This document shows positions 1 to 12,899 of a DNA stretch of 64,000 bases, one piece after another (position 1 is the stretch's first letter; every line of letters begins with the position of its first letter). Under the pieces are notes generated by a model that saw only the letters and a program-made list of their open reading frames with translations, did not search any database and was not told the DNA's origin. The DNA lies in assembly GCF_006345805.1 (NCBI RefSeq), contig NW_021833698.1, positions 17,642-81,641 on the forward strand, written 5' to 3'. Position numbers and translations under genes: made by a program. This stretch comes from Octopus sinensis. Lineage: Eukaryota.

Positions 1-217
1 AAAATGGAGGGGATCAAGAGGTGGTATTCATCAAATTTTAGACATTATATTATGTCTATTTATTTATTAAAAAAAAACAATTATAACAATATACATACAT
101 GTATAACAATATACATACATGTATAACATATTATGCTTTACATATATAATATATAAAATGTAAAAATACCAGTAATTATTAAAATATATAACGTAGAGCA
201 TAGAAGGCAGGATAGTA

Positions 218-340
218 TCTTACAGCTGTTTCAGTCAAGAGGCCATAGTACCCCACTTAATTTCTATCCCTTCAGTGAGCTGAAGTATTTGGTAGATACG
301 ATTAAGGTACTTGGGTGTGCCTCGGGGCTTCGTCAAAGAG
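218..340 (-). ncRNA. Penelope-type hammerhead ribozyme motif, group H1, with a C3U core change
   Basis: Minus strand reads ctct-TTGACGA-agccccgagg...cctcttgact-GAAAC-AGCT-GTA-agat. Helix III is the palindrome ACAGCTGT; long helix II insert; inverted copy of 1091-1197. Confidence 0.55.
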
Positions 341-1090
341 TTTAGAAAGTTCATAAGGTTAAGTTATGAATATAAATACATACATATATATATACATTTT
401 TACAAAGGTATTAATATAAACTCTAACCTACTTATTGTGGACCGCTACCTCAAGCCCTCAATAGAAAACATACCGCATGTTTATATATATAAAAATATAT
501 ATATATATTATATATTAATATGTGTGTGTGTGTGTGGTGTGTGTGTGTGTGTTTCTGTACAGTTGTATGTTTGTCATATGCATATGTTTGTTATATGTGT
601 ACATATACATATATATGAGTGTGTGTGTGTGTGTTTGTGTATAATTATAATTATATAAAAAGAAAAATACAAACTACTAGAGTAATCCTCCCTTCTCAAC
701 ACAGGAAATATGTATGTAACTATGTGTATGTTTGTGCGTAAATATATATACATATGCATATATGTGTGTACGTATAGATGTGTATATATATATGTATTCC
801 TCATTTATATACCTTTTCATTCCTACATAACTACAATAATCTTAAGATATATTGATTATTTAAATTCCACTATTATTTCTCTTTTGATATTTTTTCTTCC
901 CTCTGTTTATACTTTCTCTAATAATAATAAGCATAATACACCTAATAATAATAATAATTGATTCCTTTGTATGCATATACATATACATGTAAACGTATAG
1001 ACATGTATTTATGTATAAGCATATATATGTAAAATTGTATATATATGTATGTATTTATATTTATAACTTAACCTTATGAACCTTCTAAAC

Positions 1091-1197
1091 TCTCTGACGA
1101 AGCCCAGAGGCACACCCAAGTACCTTAATCTTATCTACCAAATACTTACAGAAGTAAAGTGGGTTAATATGTCCTCTTGACTGAAACAGCTGTAAGA
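1091..1197 (+). ncRNA. Penelope-type hammerhead ribozyme motif, group H1, canonical core
   Basis: tct-CTGACGA (1094-1100), helix II closed by AGCCCAGAGG/CCTCTTGACT (8 of 10 pairs), GAAAC-AGCT-GTA (1183-1194), then aga pairing with the upstream tct. Predicted cleavage after 1194. Confidence 0.65.
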
Positions 1198-1640
1198 TAC
1201 TATCCTACCTTCTATGTTCTACGTTATATATTTTAATAATTACTGCTTATTTTTATATTTTATATATTAGATATGTAAAGCATAATATGTTATACATGTA
1301 TGTATATTGTTATAATTGTTTTTTTTTTAATAAATAAATAGACATACTATAATGTCTAAAAGTTAATGGATACCACCTCTTGATCCCCTCCATTTTCTTA
1401 TTGCTGTATAAATTAATGGTAAAACAACAGTTTACCCTCACCCATTTATTACATTCAGTAATGTAATTACCATACAATGAAGAAACACTTGTGTATTAAT
1501 AATTGGGTATTCTACTAGCAGTATATTGGATAGATATTATCCCTTAGTTGGTTGGATTCACAACTTCTAAATCTCTTGGAATATATATTTATTATAATAT
1601 ATATATATATATAGATATATATATATATATATAATTATAT

Positions 1641-1845
1641 TCTTTTATCTTTACTGTTTCAGTCATTTGATTGCGGCCATGCTGGAGCACCGCCTTTTAG
1701 TCGAACAAAGAACCCCAGGACTTATTCTTGTAAGCCTCGTACTTATTTATCGGTTTTCTTTTTTACCGAACCGCTAGATTACATGGTCTCCAACATCGGT
1801 TGTCAAGTGATGATGGGGGGGGGGCAAAACACAGACACACAAACA
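1641..1845 (-). mobile_element. SINE-A, 3' half
   Basis: Contains cagtcatttgattgcggccatgctggagcaccgcc...ccgaaccgctag, the tail/body shared by more than 15 copies in the window. Confidence 0.85.
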
Positions 1846-1899
1846 TATACATATACGCACACACACACACACCACACACACATATATATATACATATAC

Positions 1900-1942
<43 letters not shown>

Positions 1943-2318
1943 ATATCTATATATATATATATATATGAAAAAGGGGTGTAGGCCAGTTTATGGGATTACA
2001 CTAGGTTTCCCGTCCATAAAGGACCTCTTCAAATATATATATAGAGAGAGAGGGGGAGGGAGAGAGAGGAAAGTGAGTATGGGAGAGACAAACTCACTCA
2101 CAGACACATGCGCACACATGCACAGACATATCATTCTCATTGTAGCTGTCGCTGTCTTCATCATCATCATCATCATCATCATGACCATTGTTTGTTGAGA
2201 CAGAGAGTGATCTGCTCATGTTTTCTTTTGTCTATCGATCTTCTTCAATATCCATTGCCTATAAGCAATCGATATTGTACTCTGCACATCCTAAATTTCT
2301 ACAACTCTACAGACACGC

Positions 2319-2376
<58 letters not shown>

Positions 2377-2459
2377 ACAAATACACACCCACATGCGCAC
2401 GCAGTACACACACTCACACACACATAAACATTTACAGGTGTTCAGAACCATTCATTAAG

Positions 2460-3120
2460 GGTTGACTTTCGATTCGTCAGCTCTTTTGGTATCATCTTCA
2501 AACAGACCATTTCTAGCAGTCTTTTGTGTACTTTTCATTTTTGTGACCAGAATATCGGTAATTTCTATAGAATTCTTGAAATATCCGTTTGTCCCAGATG
2601 GACAGAGCTGTACAATCGCTGCTTCTGAATTAATTCCGAAACTGTCAGCTGGAAATAGCGAATACATTGATTGTCGTCATTTCGCAGACGGTTAATCCGC
2701 CATACCTGAAGCATTCCGGGAAGAATATCTCTACTAAAAGACTTCCAGCCTCTCTCAAGTAATGTTCTTGATTCTTCACAATATTTCAAGCAAAAAATAC
2801 AAATGGCTGCTAAAAGTGTATTTCCATTGTATAAATGAGAAATTTTGTGCTTTCTAAAATATGACCGTATCCAGTCCTTCTCACTAGAACCATCCCTTTG
2901 AAATCTTATTTTTGTTCATGTCTAATTAACAGATGTTCATTTGCACTAGTTTAAACGGAGCTCACCGGATTGGAAGGTCCTGCAAACTTCCTGGACACAA
3001 ACATCTTTATTCAGCTGGCATTAAAAAGGCGTTAGGTGTGTTTTTACGTAGTCTTTGTTCCTGCTGAAAACAGACGCCAAATCATTCTTCAGTTACATTT
3101 AATTGTGTTCTTGGATGTCT
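2460..3120 (-). pseudogene. Highly decayed DDE transposase relic, piggyBac-like
   Basis: Frameshifted minus-strand peptides LLAAICIF, GLTVCEMTT and FGIN..VQLCPSGTNGYFKNSIEI..LVTK..ST.KTARN loosely resemble piggyBac DKLAAIRE, LTVDEQ and YGIK..MCDSGT..RNIT.D motifs. No TIRs found. Confidence 0.35.
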
Positions 3121-3138
3121 CCTAAATACACTGTAACA

Positions 3139-3461
3139 GACACTCTGTCGGTTGCGACGGTGAGGGTTCCAGTTGATACGATCAACGGAACAGCTTGGTC
3201 GTGAAATTAACCTGCAAGCGGCTGAGCATTCCACAGACATGCGTACCCTTAACGTCGTTCTCAGGGAGGTTCAGTGTGACACAGGACATCATTGGGCTGA
3301 CCCTTTGAAATACAGGTACTGCTCGCTTTTGTCTGCTGAGTAGGCTGGAACAACATGAAATAAAGTGTCTTACTCAAGAATACAACGCTCCACCAGGAAT
3401 CGAACTCGCAACCATACGATCGTGAGTCGAATACTGTAACCACTAAGCCACGATGCTTCAC
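3139..3461 (-). mobile_element. SINE-D, tRNA-derived with CORE-like central region
   Basis: Minus strand: A-box tggcttagtgg, B-box gagttcgattcc, CORE-like ttcttgagtaagacacttt, then a body ending in aactggaaccctcaccgtcgcaaccgacagagtgtc. Confidence 0.75.
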
Positions 3462-3564
3462 AGATACACTGCATCACAGTATAATACAGGCTGGTCGCTT
3501 CTGGAAACCTCTTCGGTCATAAATCAGCTCGGTCAGAACTGAACTGAGCTAAATAACAGCAGTA

Positions 3565-3905
3565 GTTCATCATCATCCAAGTCAGGTGTCGCACTATGCG
3601 ATGCTGTGGTCATCACGATGTCTTGCCACCTTTTCCTGTCTTTTACCCTCATGGACAGCTGAGAATAAAGACAATCGTGTAGCTGCGATGTCTTTCAGCC
3701 AAGAAGTGGGTGGTCAGCCTCTTTTACGCCTGGCGCTCATCTTGCCAATTATGTTCGTTCGCTCAAGTCTATCCTGGCGCATGACGTGGCCAAAGAACCG
3801 TGGCTTCCGCTTCATGATGTTTCGCCGAAGCATAATCTCGCAACCGAGCTTTTCTAGTACCCAGTTGTTCGTCCTTCTCACCGTCCACGACACTCTAAGT
3901 AGTAG
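3565..3905 (-). mobile_element. RTE-clade LINE 3' fragment
   Basis: Minus strand translates LRVSWTVRRTNNWVLEKL...KRKPRFFGHVMRQDRLERTNIIGKMSARRKRG*PPTSWLKDI...KDRKRWQDIV, typical of the RTE ORF C-terminus, followed by a short (GAT)n tail. Confidence 0.85.
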
Positions 3906-4409
3906 TTAAGAACGTTAATTTTTATATCTAATATTGTATTAAATTTATATTCTCCTACATAAACCCTTGTAATGATGCATTTACTAATCTTCAGTTATAT
4001 GACAGTAGAATTAATTTCTAAGGAAGATACACGATAGACTTTATTACATATTCAAGTAGTTATATTTTTGAGAAGTATTCATTTCAAAATGTCCGCTGTT
4101 ATGAAGTATTCAATGTTTGTCGTGATTCTGAAGGTTTAGAAACGCCTTGCCGATGGTTTTCAGTTAGATTCTGAATTACATTTGTTGTTATAGATCGTAT
4201 CTTTCGTAGAAAGATGTTTAATTGAATATACATTATGCAGTAATAAGTTTTTACTTGTCTACTTAAAGTTGAAAAACTACTAAACGTTTTAACAAATTTA
4301 TAAAATTAAACAATTGTAAGTAATTTTTGATTTAAGACACAAAAATAATGCATCACGTTTCTAAATATTTTTACAAAATAATTCTATCATATTGGCTTCA
4401 AATTTTTTG

Positions 4410-4741
4410 CACAAAGCTGGAAATTTGAGGTTACATCGACCCCAGTGCTTAACTGGTATTTAATTCATCGTCATTGAAATGACGGAGAGCAAAGTCAACC
4501 TCGGCGAAATTTAAACTCACAGCGTGAGGAGGGATGAAATGACGCTAATCTTTTCCCCCCGGCATGCTAAATATTTTTTTGTACTCTAGGCACAAGGACC
4601 AGTCGATTAGATCGACCCCAGTACATATCTGGTACTTAATTTACCGACCTCGGCGGAATTTGAACTCAGAACGTATAGACAGACGAAATATCGCTAAGCA
4701 TTTCGCCCTGCGTGCTAACGATACAGCCAGCTCGCCGCCTT
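4410..4741 (-). mobile_element. SINE-B, two adjacent copies
   Basis: Reverse complements of ggcggcgagctggc...gagttcaaattccgccgaggtcg and cgacccc/taagtaccag motifs. Confidence 0.75.
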
Positions 4742-4759
4742 TAATAATTCTATTATATT

Positions 4760-5177
4760 CTTGTATTCATTCATTTATTTCACTCATGGATTTACGGCCA
4801 TGCTGGGGCAACGCCTTTGAGGGTTTAGTTGAACAAATAGCCCCCACTACTTATTTTTTAATCTTGGTTATTATTCTATCGCTAAGTAGTGGCGACGTAA
4901 ACAAACTAACACCGGCTGTGAAGCGGTGGCGGGATAAAAACAAACACATACACATACACACATATATATATACACACATATACACACAGACGCACGCACA
5001 TACACACGCAGAATTTTATGATGGACATTCACGCAGTTTACGCCTTCTAAATCACACACAAGGCATTAGCCAACCTGGGGCTATAGTAGAAGACATTTGC
5101 TCAAGATGCCGCGGAGGGGAACTGAAATCGAAACCAAGTGGATGCAAAGCAAGTTTGTTAATTTCGCTACCTGAGCT

Positions 5178-5180
<3 letters not shown>
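4760..5180 (-). mobile_element. SINE-A, diverged copy with internal (CA/TA)n
   Basis: ggccatgctgggg...gctaag..gacgtaaacaaac, then microsatellite, then ggggctatagtagaagacatttgc head segment. Confidence 0.65.
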
Positions 5181-5209
<29 letters not shown>

Positions 5210-5296
5210 GTGTGTATGCGTGCGCTCATGTGTGATGCAGAGAGAAAGAGAGAGAGAGAAAAAGAGACAGAAGGAAAGATAAATAGATAGATAAAC

Positions 5297-5341
<45 letters not shown>

Positions 5342-5343
5342 GC

Positions 5344-5403
<60 letters not shown>

Positions 5404-6043
5404 CTTACTTATACATGTATATACATATATATATAGATATTCATAAACATATGTGTGTATATATATATATATATGTGTGTGTGTGTATGTATTTATGTAT
5501 ATAGAGTGTTAGACATTTTTCGTTTCCTTTTTGAATATTTTATTGTTTTTTTTTGTTTTTTTTTTTGCCATCCTAGTCTAAACTCCTGTTATGCAGTAAT
5601 TGGTTTGTCCTCGCTTTCTAAATTGAATCCATAAGAAACTACCCGCAACATCAGCAACAACAACAACAACAACAACACTGTTTTTTTCCCCTAAAAAAGA
5701 CAAAAAACGAAACGAAACGCATAGCAAACGAAGCAATTAAACAGAAGAAAATTATTTTCTTTTCTGGAATCCGACGAATTTTACAAACCAATTTCTTCAG
5801 CTTGTTGTTGTGCTTCTGGTAGATGCTGCTGCTGTTGTTGTTGTTGCTGTTGCCGTTGTTGTTGTTGTTGTTGGAGGAGTTGTTGTTGTTGTTGTTGGAG
5901 GAGTTGTTGTTGTTGTTATTGTTGTTGTTGTTCGTCTTCTTGGAATTGTAACGTTCATCCTTCCTTCAATGATTTATTTCCAAAAATTTCTTTGTTTTAA
6001 AAGAGAGAAAATAGGAGTAACTTTGAAGTGTGTGTGTGTGTGT

Positions 6044-6090
<47 letters not shown>

Positions 6091-6378
6091 GTGTATGCGA
6101 GAAGGAGAGAGAGTATGTATATGTCTGTGTATGTGCTAAGAATATATGTCGGTCTTCTGAGTATATATGCACTCATATATCCACACATACATACACACAT
6201 ACACACAAACACACGACAAACGAACACATGCATACAAATATATATATATATATATGCATATATATATATATACATATATATATGTGTGTGTGTGTGTATA
6301 CTTATATATATATATATATAAATGTAAATATATATACAAATATAAATATATATATATAGATATCTACTTATCTATCTC

Positions 6379-6409
<31 letters not shown>

Positions 6410-6878
6410 CTAAATATCTATAATATATATTATATTATATATATGTGTGTGTGTGTGTGTGTATATATATGTCATTTATTAGAACGACAACAGAGTGTCA
6501 TTTGGATAACTAGAGGTGTAACATAGACATATGTGAGTGGGTTGGGTTTTTTTCTTTATATTTTTTTCTGTAATTTTTCCCATGTCTATCATACATCTAT
6601 ATTTATCGAAGGCAAAAACAAAAGACATACGTTGCTTTGTTTGAGTTTAATTAATCAATAGACGTTGCCAAATATTGCATTGTTATCAGAATTAATGTAG
6701 AAAACAAAATTTTGTTCTATCCGAGACGTTGGATATCTTATATATTAATATATAAACACATGTGCTTTTTGAGCGTATGCGTGGGCATACATATGAGTGG
6801 ACAAACGAAAGAAAGTTGGTTTGAACGCTTTTGGCTGGAGTTATGTATATTATTCAGTAACAATTTGACTCAGCTTCC

Positions 6879-6928
6879 TGCTACTTAAAGTTTCGTAGGT
6901 TCGCAGAATGAACTTGACTCCTCGGGCA
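6879..6928 (-). ncRNA. Hammerhead-like motif, group H2 (CCGA core), inside a 131-bp element with 15-bp inverted ends (6857-6871 and 6973-6987)
   Basis: Minus strand: tgc-CCGAGGA-gtcaagttc attctgc gaacctac-GAAAC-TTTAA-GTA-gca. Helix III is the near-palindrome ACTTTAAGT. Ends gtaacaatttgactc and gagtcaaactgttac match at 14 of 15. Confidence 0.5.
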
Positions 6929-7054
6929 TCAAGTGACAGACTCTCTCTAAAATCTCGAAGTTAATTTGAGTCGAGTCAAACTGTTACAAAGTAATATGTA
7001 TGTGTGTGTGCTATATATATAGATAGATAGATAGATAGACACACACAAAAACAT

Positions 7055-7095
<41 letters not shown>

Positions 7096-7124
7096 GTATA
7101 CACATGTTTGTATAGGCGGGTGGG

Positions 7125-7259
7125 GTGGCTGTGTGGTAAGAAGTTTCCGGGTTCAGTCCCACTGCGTGCTACCTTGGGTGAGTGTCTTCTACGATAAGCC
7201 TCAGGCCGACCGAAGATTTTAGAGCGGATTAGGTAGACTGAAACTGAAAAAACCTGTCG

Positions 7260-7316
<57 letters not shown>

Positions 7317-7535
7317 ATGTATGTATGTATGTATGTATGTATGTATGTATGTATGTATGTATGTATGTATGAATATATGTATGTATATACATGTGTTGTG
7401 TGTGTGTGTGTGTGTTTTGCACCCTCCTCCAGCCATCACTTGACAACCGACGCTGGTGTGTTCAGGTCTCCGCAACATGGCAGTTCGACAAAAAAGAGAC
7501 AATGGAATAAGTACTAGGCTTTCAAAAAATTAGGT
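7125..7535 (+). mobile_element. SINE-A, near full length with expanded internal (TG)n(TATG)n
   Basis: gtggctgtgtggtaag...gggttcagtcccactgcgtg head, CORE-like accttgggtgagtgtcttct, microsatellite, then tgacaaccgacgctggtgtg body. Confidence 0.85.
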
Positions 7536-8003
7536 TCAAGTCTTTAAGCCTTTGCCTATGTTTACCCACACACACAGACAGAGACACAAACACATTCATA
7601 TGTATGTGTGCGCGCACACCAGTAAACATTCACGCACACATGTGCCCATCCAAACGCACTCATACACACGTATACAGATACATACATACATACATACATA
7701 CATACATACATACATACATACATACATACATACATACGTACGTACGTACGTACGTACAGAAAGACATCGGTCATCCTGTCAACAGGCTCAGACCTTCGCT
7801 CACACACGTACACATACGATCGCCCATATGCTATAAACAATCCTATTTACGCTAAGTTCAGTGCAGTACGATGCCGAAACGATGGTTGTGCTAATAACCT
7901 TTTCTAGTTACACTCCGTCTTCAGTATTAATCTTTTAAATGTGAGCGTGTGTGTATGTGCGCGCGCATGCATGTGTGTGTGCGTCTGTGTGTGTGTGTGG
8001 TAT

Positions 8004-8068
<65 letters not shown>

Positions 8069-8099
8069 GCGCGTGCGTGTGTGTGTGTGCGTGTGTGGA

Positions 8100-8403
8100 G
8101 GCGCAATGGCCCAGCGGTTAGGGCAGCGGACTCGCAGTCGTAGGATCGCGGTTTCGATTCCCAGACAGGGCGTTGTGAGTATTTATTGAGCGAAAACACC
8201 TAAAGCTCCACGAGTCTCCGGCAGGGGGTGGTGATCCCTGCTGTACTCTTTCGCCACAACTTTCTCTCACTTTTTCTTCTGTTGGCCTACTCGCTTAGCC
8301 AGCGGGGTGGCATCACTTGATGTCTAAAACAATGCGAAGCGCTTTGTGACGAGCGATGTGTAGCAACATCTGATAGCCTGGTCGGTCACGTGATCATGTG
8401 ATA
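8100..8403 (+). mobile_element. SINE-C, tRNA-derived, full length
   Basis: A-box tggcccagcgg and B-box gtttcgattcc; core gagcgaaaacacctaaagctccacgag...ctctttcgccacaactttctctcac; tail ends gtcacgtgatcatgtgat. Confidence 0.85.
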
Positions 8404-8504
8404 TATCTATATAATATATGTGTATATATATTTATCATATATGTATATAATGTATATATATATTTTATTCATATATATATATATGTATGTATGTATTTAT
8501 GATG

Positions 8505-8564
<60 letters not shown>

Positions 8565-8745
8565 AGAGTAAGCACGTAAATGTGAAACAAAGCGGAAAAT
8601 AGTACTCGATTACCAGAGGTAGAGTAATATGCTTTATTAAAAAGCACAAACATATCACAAACCATATCACAGAGTTTTCGCCTTCCTTTCGAACAGGAAC
8701 GTTGAGTAACAGTTTGTGTGATATTTTTGCTGTTTTTACTAAGGT
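8565..8745 (-). mobile_element. Short PLE-derived element related to 17718-17885, with an inverted partial duplication
   Basis: 8565-8680 is the reverse complement of gtgatat..ttaataaagcatatta..tacctc.ggta.tcgagtactattttc..gtgcttactctg at 17790-17880. 8703-8745 repeats the post-ribozyme tail in the opposite orientation. Flanked by (TA)n. Confidence 0.7.
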
Positions 8746-8911
8746 ATATATATGTGCGTGATTATAAATATATATATATATAGATATATATATATATATA
8801 TATAATATATATATACATATACACTATTGAAATTTATATAATTCATAGAAAAACAGAAGACGAAAAACACAAGCAAATGTATTAGTTTGACGTTCGGGAA
8901 AAATGAAGAAG

Positions 8912-8948
8912 TCTTTAATGTTTCGAGCCTACGCTCTTCAACAGAAAG
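8912..8948 (-). ncRNA. Hammerhead-like motif, group H3 (CUGU core), helix III mutated; part of an element at about 8835-9010
   Basis: Minus strand: ccttt-CTGTTGA-A-GAGC-GTAG-GCTC-GAAAC-ATT-aaaga. Confidence 0.5.
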
Positions 8949-9010
8949 GAATAAGAGGAAATAAATAGACAGCGGTTAAAAAAACTTCAAGAGTTCAGCG
9001 GTCCAGCTGA

Positions 9011-9042
<32 letters not shown>

Positions 9043-9221
9043 GTATGGTGATGTAAACAGGAAAACTAGAATTCAAAATATGAGTATATGTATGTTATTT
9101 AGCAGAAAGAACAGAGTGACTCAAGCGTTTCATGCGTTGGCACTTATCAGTCTAGTTGTGTGAATGTGAGTGTGTGTGTATGTGTATGTGTACGCGCGTA
9201 GGTATGTATTCTTTTCTTTCT

Positions 9222-9621
9222 TTTCTTTTACTTGTTTCAGTCATTTTGACTGCGGCCATGCTGGAGCACCGCCTTTTTTAGTCGAGCAACTCGACCCCGG
9301 GACTCATTCGTTTTTGTAAGCCCAGTACTTATTCTATCGGTCTCTTTTGCCGAACCGCTAAGTGACGGGACGTAAACACACCAGCATCGTTTGTCAAGCA
9401 ATGCTAGAGGACAAACACAGACACCAAACACTACACACACATAATATATATATACATATATACGACAGGCTTCTTTCAGTTTTCCGTCTACCAAATCCAC
9501 TCACAAGGGCTTTGGTCGGCCCCGGGCTATAGCAGAAGACACTTGCCCAAGTTACCACGCAGTGGGGCTGAACCCGAACCATGTGGGTTGGTTAGCAGCT
9601 ACTTACCAACAGCCACTCCTG
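9222..9621 (-). mobile_element. SINE-A, full length
   Basis: Complete tail, body, internal microsatellite and head ending cttaccaacagccac. Confidence 0.9.
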
Positions 9622-10016
9622 TTTGTATATTTGTATGGAAATTTAGTAAAATCTGTATGCATAGCCAGACGTACAACCAGTTTTAGACCACCACGTCGAT
9701 TATCATCAACCAGTTGAATTCCCGTAAAGTCATCAGGTTACTAATCCACTTAAGCAGAATTACTAGTCATGATATACAGAGCAAATGTAGGAGAAGTTAC
9801 GATATGCACAAGTTTATATCATTTGTTCGCCATGCACGTTTGCAACCTCTGCATTTCATTGTCTAAATCCGTCTTAATCTTTTGAGTTCAAATTCGGCCG
9901 TGGGTGACTTTGACTGTCATCCTTTCGAGATCGATAAAATAAGTACCAGTTGAGTACTGTGGGGGTGTAATCGATTTGCCTCTCTCCTGAAACAACTGGC
10001 TTTGCGTCAAAATTTA

Positions 10017-10583
10017 TTGGGTTGTCCAGAAAGTTCGTACCGATTTATAGCAGCTTACCTTTCGACTTATTTTAGAACATGGTTGAGTCCATAAAATAGG
10101 ATTTGACTACACCTCCATTTAGAGAATAGTTTAAGCTATCTTTTCGTGGAAGAAGGTTTATGTTCCTATCACCTGTGTTAATTCTGTAACCCTTTAAAAT
10201 GGAAGACAAGAAAGTCCATTTTCGGCACTTGATCCATTGGGAACCAGACAAAAATTGCTGCAGCTCGGCTGGGATGTGTTACCCCATCCTCCATATTCAC
10301 CAGATATTGCTCCTTCGGATTTCCACTTATTCAGGTCTCTGCAGAATAGTCGTAATAATAAAAAAATTCAATTCCTTGGTTGACGTAAAAAGATACCTTG
10401 ATGAATTCTTTGCCACGAAACCACCTCAATTCTGGGAAAAGGGTATTTTCAAGTTAAGAGAAAGATGGAGACGCATCGTGCAACAAAATGGATCATATTT
10501 GGTTGATTGAAAATGTAATGGCAAGTATTTATTAACCTTTTTCGTTCCTTTAAAAATTGGCACGAACTTTCCGGACAACCCAA
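10017..10583 (+). mobile_element. Internally deleted mariner transposon
   Basis: TIRs ttgggttgtccagaaagttcgtaccgattt and aaattggcacgaactttccggacaacccaa, each flanked by TA. The remnant encodes MEDKKVHFRH fused, across frameshifts, to LGWDVLPHPPYSPDIAPSDFHLFRSLQN...FWEKGIFKLRERWRRIVQQNGSY. Confidence 0.95.
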
Positions 10584-10671
10584 TATAATCAAAACGTATG
10601 TGCGTACGTGTCTATGTATTCTACTTAATGTATTTTTTACTTAGTTTCAGCATCCCCAGTCGTCATCATCG

Positions 10672-10716
<45 letters not shown>

Positions 10717-11388
10717 ACATCATCATCTTTATTATATTTTTATACGTATATATTTAATATTATTATTTATATTTCTAGTGGCTGGTGGGGACATAGATTT
10801 TCTTTTGTAAAACAAGAATATTCCCATCAGGATAACAATACATCGCCATTTTTCGAATTGCGCGCCAACACATTTTTCTACATTTTCCTTTGTTTTTTTT
10901 TTTCTTTTGACATTTCATCTTACAGACACACACACACACACAAACACATAAACACATGCACGCACACAGATACAGACGCACATACATATATACACATCTC
11001 AATAGAGATCTATACGATGTACATGTATACCTGCATCCATACATCGATACACAGATGTGCGTAATGTAGCTTTGTAGATATGAATGCATGTAAGCAAGTA
11101 TACGTTTCGTTGTGTCCTCCTATGCGTGTAAGAGCGTGCATGCGTGTGTGCGCGCGCATGTGTATGCACAGTTGTGGCTATATATACGTATGCATGTGTG
11201 CGTGTGTGTGTATGTGTGTGTATGTGTGTATGTCTTTGTTGTTTTGTTCTTTTTCACTGAACTCCCTAATGTAATTATACTTTCTCTACACTGGAGGTCG
11301 TGGGAAATGTAAAACACCAGGTTTTACAAATGTCTTTGCCTTTTTCTCTTTATACTCACCCACATACACGCATGCATATACATACACA

Positions 11389-11421
<33 letters not shown>

Positions 11422-11566
11422 CAACACACATATATATATATATATATATATATTCATATATATATATGTAAACTATATACATACACATGTCTGTGTGTGT
11501 GTCTGGTATGTATACGTATGTAAAGATGTCTGTATGTATGTGTATATGTATCTATATATGTGTGTT

Positions 11567-11610
<44 letters not shown>

Positions 11611-11817
11611 TATATTATATACGTAAGTATCTGTGTGTGTAGGTGACTATACCTATATGTGTGTATGTTTGTCGTGTATCTGTATATGTATGTGTATATA
11701 ATATGTATATCCTTTTTTTACGACTGACTTCATAGTTATTACTGCAACACCACCACCACCATCACCATCACCACCGGCACTAGCAACAGTAGTAGTAGTA
11801 GTATAGTAGTTAGTAGT

Positions 11818-11865
<48 letters not shown>

Positions 11866-12492
11866 CTGCTGGAGCGGCGGCAGCAGCAGCAGCAGCAGCA
11901 GCAAAAGTAGGAGTTGTTGTTGTTGTCATTGCTTTTGCCTGAGCCAAAAGAATTGGTTCAAGACCAATTACGATTAGAATTCCCAGGGCAATGGCTCGGG
12001 GAATTCTAAACTTGTGATTGATTCATATACAACAAAGTACAGCCATGGAGAAAGACACGGATTTTTTTTTTTTATATATATATATCTTGTATTTTTATTT
12101 ATTATATATTCTTTCAGAGTTATTACTTCCAAGTGTTGATGTTGCTGATAATGATGATGATGGTATGGTTGTTGTTGTTATCGTTATTCTAGACGTTATT
12201 GTTGCTGATTGTGTTGTAATTGGTGTTGGTTGTTGTTGTTGTGTCTGCTTATAACTACAGTTTAAAACTGTTGCTGACAACAATAACAACCGCAACAACA
12301 GCAACAAACATGAGTAATAATTTTTTTTTTCCTTTTCCTGTTTAATAATGACCGTTGATTATATTTTCAGTTGTCGGCCATTTTTATTTAATGTTTTATA
12401 CATACATCGACACAGAAACACATACACACAAGTGCACTAACGTATAAGCGCACATACACGCAGTCACTTACACATACTGACACACGTCACAT

Positions 12493-12528
<36 letters not shown>

Positions 12529-12613
12529 CATATACATATGTGTGGGGGGGAGAAGATTTATGTACATACATATATATGCACATATGCGTATGTATGTGTG
12601 TGTATGCATGCGT

Positions 12614-12652
<39 letters not shown>

Positions 12653-12899
12653 CATATATGTATGTATGCTTGCATTTTTATATTGAGTATTTATATGCAT
12701 TTATATCTACGTGTGTGTGTGTGTGGTGTTTATATGCATGTCTGTGCCTATATGTGTGTGCTCACATACATACACAAATAGGCAACATACGTGAGTGTAT
12801 GCATATGTGTGACTAAGTGTGTATGTATGAGTTATTGTCAAGTTCGGATGCTTTACTATTGTAGCCAGTGTCATTATTTCAAATTTTCACTCTTCATGC

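Larger units (their letters stand above)
1..1396. repeat. Large inverted repeat (arms about 1-402 and 1029-1396) of an H1 hammerhead-bearing element
   Basis: aaaatggaggggatcaagaggtggtat at 1 is the reverse complement of ataccacctcttgatcccctccatttt ending at 1396; similarity continues with scattered mismatches for about 370-400 bp. Confidence 0.9.

Noticed and set aside
5800-5945. Poly-Q/T-like minus-strand stretch
   Set aside because: (CAA)n microsatellite with an in-frame TAA in the Q frame.
8100-8170. tRNA-like sequences with A and B boxes (also 3390-3461, 26804, 57571)
   Set aside because: No 3' acceptor stem or terminator; each continues into a SINE body, so they are SINE heads rather than tRNA genes.
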